Source of the DNA: Eledone cirrhosa
Lineage: Eukaryota
Length of the DNA: 64,000 bases
Direction of reading: 5' to 3'
NCBI GenBank assembly: GCA_964016885.1
Contig: OZ024743.1
Span: forward strand, 118,916,001-118,980,000
Shown: positions 59,093 through 64,000 of the stretch, one piece after another
Numbering within the stretch: position 1 is the first letter of the stretch
How the letters are laid out: the number at the start of each line of letters is the position of its first letter
The notes under the pieces: generated by a model
What the model was told of the DNA's origin: nothing
Database searches by the model: none
What the model saw: only the letters and a program-made list of their open reading frames with translations
Translations under genes and position numbers: made by a program

Positions 59093-60117
59093 ATTTCGGC
59101 GTTGCTCCACATATCATTATGTAGCACAAATATTCCTGGTGTAAATGAGTCTAAAAAACGAGACAAAAAGAAAATGTAAATGCGCAGACAGGCATATATG
59201 TAAAGACTTTTTTTTTTTTACTGTGAAAACTTTCTTTGCTTTATATTTCACGTATTACTTAGAAAGGAACACATTCGCTAAAAAAAAACAACATCAATAA
59301 TAATAATAACCAATACGAAGAATGCGAGTACAATATTCTAAAGTCAGAAACATTATCCTGCTTAGAGAGTCAATTAAATAGTAAGAAGACAATTAGATAG
59401 AGCAATTTGTCTTTTTCATTCTTGAAGTTTCTTTGAACAATGCTATAAAATAAATAACACGCTTCTATAGCATCAGTCCTCTCCCACGAAAATTCTGCTA
59501 AACATGTGTACTGGTTTGTATATACACGCACACATATACTTATAGAAAAATATGTTTATTGGAATATGCAAAGCCTATATAATCTCATTAGTTGACATAA
59601 TGTAAACAAATACTTAAGGTTGAAAATGGCTGACATAAGCAAGAAAAAAGATATACAATGAGTTTATATCCATGCTTTTTTCTTAGCTTTTTAAGTGTTA
59701 TGAATTCACAGATTACTACATATGTATGTAGAATAATTGTTTGTAATTTAACCACGAAGCCAGATACTCTTAGGTTAGGGAAGAGGTTTGTAGTAAATAT
59801 AATGTCCACACTTTCCGCAAGTGTACCATGTCTAAAAACAAAATGGCCCCAATCGGGAATCAAAATAGAATGGATAACGTAGCTTTGTGAAAAATGTATT
59901 TGTTCCCTAAGCACACAACTAGGGATTTTAGTGGGAGGGTAGAGCCGATTTTATTGTGTACAGAATTTGACTGACACTTTATTTTATCGACTCTAGATGA
60001 ATGGTGGGCGTAAATATTCAAATATACAAGTGCGGTAGTAAATACTGGAAGGTATATAAAACATCAGGCAATCGATCAGCAGAGTCGTCGGAGCATCAAA
60101 CATATGCCTTGCTGTAG

Positions 60118-60150
<33 letters not shown>

Positions 60151-60245
60151 ATGTGTGTGTGTGTGTGTCTGTTGACGTACAATGTATGTATATATATATA
60201 TATACACACACGCACATATATATTTATATGTGAATGTGTGTTGAT

Positions 60246-60291
<46 letters not shown>

Positions 60292-60456
60292 CATACACAT
60301 ATATTTATGTGTGTATGTGTGTTGACGTACTATATATATATATATAGATAGATAGATATATATATATACACACATATATATTTATGTGTGTATGTGTGTT
60401 GACGTACTATATATCTATATACACACATATATATTTATGTGTGTATGTGTGTTGAC

Positions 60457-60522
<66 letters not shown>
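60118..60522. repeat. Microsatellite-derived minisatellite
   Basis: Five copies of gttga(c/t)gtac embedded in (TG)/(TA) runs at about 60171, 60240, 60321, 60398 and 60451. Confidence 0.85.
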
Positions 60523-60525
<3 letters not shown>

Positions 60526-60681
60526 GGGTGGGTATACTTACAAATATATCTCCTTGCTAAAATAGTTGTATTGGATTATGCATATTAATGTATTAATGTA
60601 TCGTGTTGAGTATGTTTTTATTTTGTTGTTAGGACCAACATTCCTATAACGAACAGAACCCCTGTAAATTGATATGAAATG

Positions 60682-60725
<44 letters not shown>

Positions 60726-60801
60726 TATATAATTTGAAGAAAGAAAAAGAATGACTTCACTCGTAGTTCTAAGCAATTTCATTTAATTTTGTGATATTAT
60801 G

Positions 60802-60838
<37 letters not shown>

Positions 60839-61134
60839 TTGGTAATAGGTGTTTACATATACATATGTATATATATGTATATATACATCTTCGTATACAG
60901 GCACGAACTGTTTAAAGTAGCCACAGCGCCGTCACTACATATGTTAGTAATAGTAGCCGACTTCTCTTTAAATCCTGTGCTGCAATATTCAACAAGGGAA
61001 GGGTATATTTGGTGACATAGTACGAGACATACTCTCTGAAAATCAAGGTGAGCAGCTTCATCAGGTTTGACTTGAGATTAAACAACAACAGCATAGACGT
61101 ACATAAATACATATATATAATTAATATGCTTTAC

Positions 61135-61300
61135 CTTCCAAGTATTTTACTGACACAGCCATGAGATACGCGGAGCTGTCGAGAGATATCACAAGGCCGT
61201 ACCCCTTGGTGGGCCAACTCCACAATCCGCTGGCGAACGGCATCTGGTAGAGGTCGGCCATTTACAAATACCCCTCCTAATTGATTTACACCTCCGTGAC
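61135..61300 (-). CDS. Pax2/5/8: Pax2/5/8 coding exon, paired domain N-terminal (PAI) part; 166 bp, phase 1 in / phase 2 out
   Basis: Reverse complement translates to (G)[54 protein letters not shown](R). Acceptor tttcctttctctaatgcag and donor GAAG|gtaaag. The [14 protein letters not shown] signature (Q42/R44/H47) excludes Pax6. Not in the supplied ORF track. Confidence 0.98.
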
Positions 61301-64000
61301 CTGCATTAGAGAAAGGAAATATAATAGGTTAATTTGCATATTTGGGTCATATATAAAAAAAAAAAGAGCAATTACATCGTAGAAGAAGAATTATAGCAAT
61401 TTAGATCCCCCCCCCCTCCCCTCCTAAAAAACTCTTGAATTCGCTTTACATTTATCATTTAGTTTCACAATTGTTGTCGTACTGTATACGACCTAGTCTC
61501 TGCCACAGACTATCAATGACCAAGGCGCAAACAGAGCAACGAAAATGCTGGATCCAACAAACATATGATATATGTAAAATGAATATTAAATATTTCATGA
61601 TTTTTCTCTCCTGAATAGTTTTCAACGGCTCAAATGTCTTCGCTTCAATACAGGGTCTCTGAACCCGTCAGGCAAGTACAACTCCGAATTATTATAAAGA
61701 TATTTACTATGGAACCAGCTACATTCGGAATATTTCAGATGGAGATAATTAGATCTGGGAATAATTAATTAATTTACTTTCCATCACTAAATACACCCTA
61801 GTCAGCTATTAATAATTATGATGCATTCTTTTTCCATTATTTTTTTACACACACATCAAAACATTATCAGAGATGAGAGACTTTATCTGTAAATTCATAG
61901 GGAATTAATTATACATTTAGAAATTAAATTTAGATTTGCATAGCACCAAAATTTATGATCCTGGTTAAAGCAAAACAAAAACATTCCATATTCCCGATGC
62001 AAACTACAAGAGGTCAAACATTTCTTCAACTAAATATTAACTTTATTATGTATTATCCAAATTCAAAATTCTAACTAGGTAAACACGGCGTATTGAAAAA
62101 TTTCCTACCTCCTCCCTCCCGTCTACTCATTTTAGCTGTGTAAGCAAATCTTCTCTGATGTTCACATACATTGAAGTTTATAAACACGGAAGGGTGTTCT
62201 TTGTTATTGACAAACACTGTTGTGTTTTTTGCAACTTTATACCATATTTATTTAGCTAATTCGAAAATCAGGTGGTAATTTCTTTCTCAAAACATTGGAA
62301 ATATGTTTTCACTATATTTCATTGAAACAAGATTCAGTATTTTTTTTTTTCTGATCATTATTTTTCTTTTCTCCGAATCTTTAGTATCTGAATATGTAAT
62401 AAAATGAAAATAAGATATATGCAATATGTGTTTGCATTGAATGACTATCTCGTTGCATTGAATAGAAGTGTAGGGGCGTGTAACACTTAATGTAATGCGA
62501 TAATATGACTGGTATAGTTTTAAATATATGATCCGAGGATTCAAGACATTAATAAGTATGTTATGTATTAAGTAACTTCAGAACATTGACTAGAAAGATG
62601 TCCAGTTAACGCTACCTAATAGACATATAACGAAAGTATTTCCAAAAATTTCAACAGATAATCTCAACCAAAAGCTGTGTTCTTCACAGATTAGCAATCA
62701 AACGGAATGCTCATCAGTTAGTTTGCAGTTCCATCAACCTTATTACTTATTTACAATTTGCCAATCAAGTATCTTGGTCCAATAATACTCTTCTTGTCTA
62801 ATATGTATGACTTCATCAAGGAGATTAGCTGGCACTCAAAACTTGTTTCAAAACATCGGTAGGGGTGCGAGTAAAGGAGGAATATATTCTCAGACAGAGA
62901 ACCTGACTTGAACTCTTCTTAAAGTACCCATGAGCGAGCTGGAAATAATAAATGTACAATTATGTTCTCAGAATGATCTTCGAAATATTTTCAGCGCTTC
63001 GTCTACTATTATAATTCAGCCACATTTGTCTCTATTGTTTGTTAACTAAGATTTCAAACATAACCAAGAGTTTTACTGATAGTGAATCAACTTTTGGACA
63101 GAAGAGAAACGGTTATGTTAGTGATTCCCTGTTCTAAATAAAATATTTCGTGAAAGAAAAATTGGATTTGCTGAATGCGTCAAGAGAGTTAAGCTTTCTT
63201 AAATCTGAAAGAAAATAAATAATTCATACATAATCCTTCTTTGAATTCTTTCTCGTCAAAACGCAAGAATGTCAGAAGAAAGAAACCTCTATGCGGTCAA
63301 TCCACCTGCAAGAATTAACACCCAAATTACTCTTTTTCAAAGCCTACTGTCTTGCAAACTAAGTAAATTGGAAGCCTTCATTCCCTTATCTATATTTTCG
63401 TGTTCTTTCTTTTTCATTAAATATGAGTACAGTTGAAAACAAAATGTGAACGTTTGACCTTTTGCTCTAAATTAACATCGATTTTAATTTCTTATTTCTT
63501 ATAAGCTGATTGTTTTGTTTCTATCGTCAAACAGCTGGATTTACTATTGTTCATAATATACGAGAAATGACACCAAACATATGTATCATTAGTGTACTAC
63601 TCTGGTTTTGTGGCGTGGAAAGCGGGTTGAATATACCCATTCTCCTAGGACACCATCCTATCGAATCTAACTTAACCATATGCTCAAACATTTATGCTTC
63701 ATAACTAGGTTTAATGAATTATTTAAGATTATACTTGACAATAAGAAATAGAAAACGGCAAACATTTTGCAGTAGATTTGAACATAATCCACGAAAATGT
63801 CCTATAAGATATTTCCCTTCACCAAATACACAATTTTACAAAACGCGATAATATGGAAAATAGTATTCCATAAGAAGGATTTTAAAATAAATATCAGAAA
63901 TCAAACGTAATTTATATAACAACACACTGCTATAAAACTACCCTTGAATGAAACTTTGTAGGCGGAGCTAGTTAGGAATAGTCTAGTTTGCCATCGAATA

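Noticed and set aside
60165-60465. CRISPR-like repeat-spacer appearance
   Set aside because: Eukaryotic intron; the spacers are low-complexity dinucleotide runs and no cas genes are present.

Overview
AT-rich, microsatellite-dense animal genomic DNA; the SINE and microsatellite content is most consistent with an octopod cephalopod (inference). Most of the window is one minus-strand Pax2/5/8 gene. Six phase-compatible coding exons can be assembled by eye: 61300-61135, 43309-43112, 38485-38250, 21356-21304, 16135-15877 and 5853-5647. They encode a complete paired domain, the YSISGILG octapeptide, a KRKR motif and a Ser/Pro/Thr/Asn-rich tail. The first and last exons were not found and probably lie outside the window. 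The introns hold tRNA-derived SINEs, a decayed RTE LINE and many simple repeats; nearly all entries in the supplied ORF track are microsatellite artefacts. The most interesting non-coding signal is a set of short palindromic insertions beside (TA)n tracts that are built around hammerhead-ribozyme motifs of the type carried by Penelope-like elements. One (49062-49119, minus strand, i.e. sense in the Pax pre-mRNA) keeps all unpaired catalytic core nucleotides. In three others the hairpin apex lies in predicted stem II and an inverted duplication appears to have replaced the 5' half. Also flagged: a candidate alternative terminal exon, a candidate Pax autoregulatory site, and inverted SINEs bracketing two exons.
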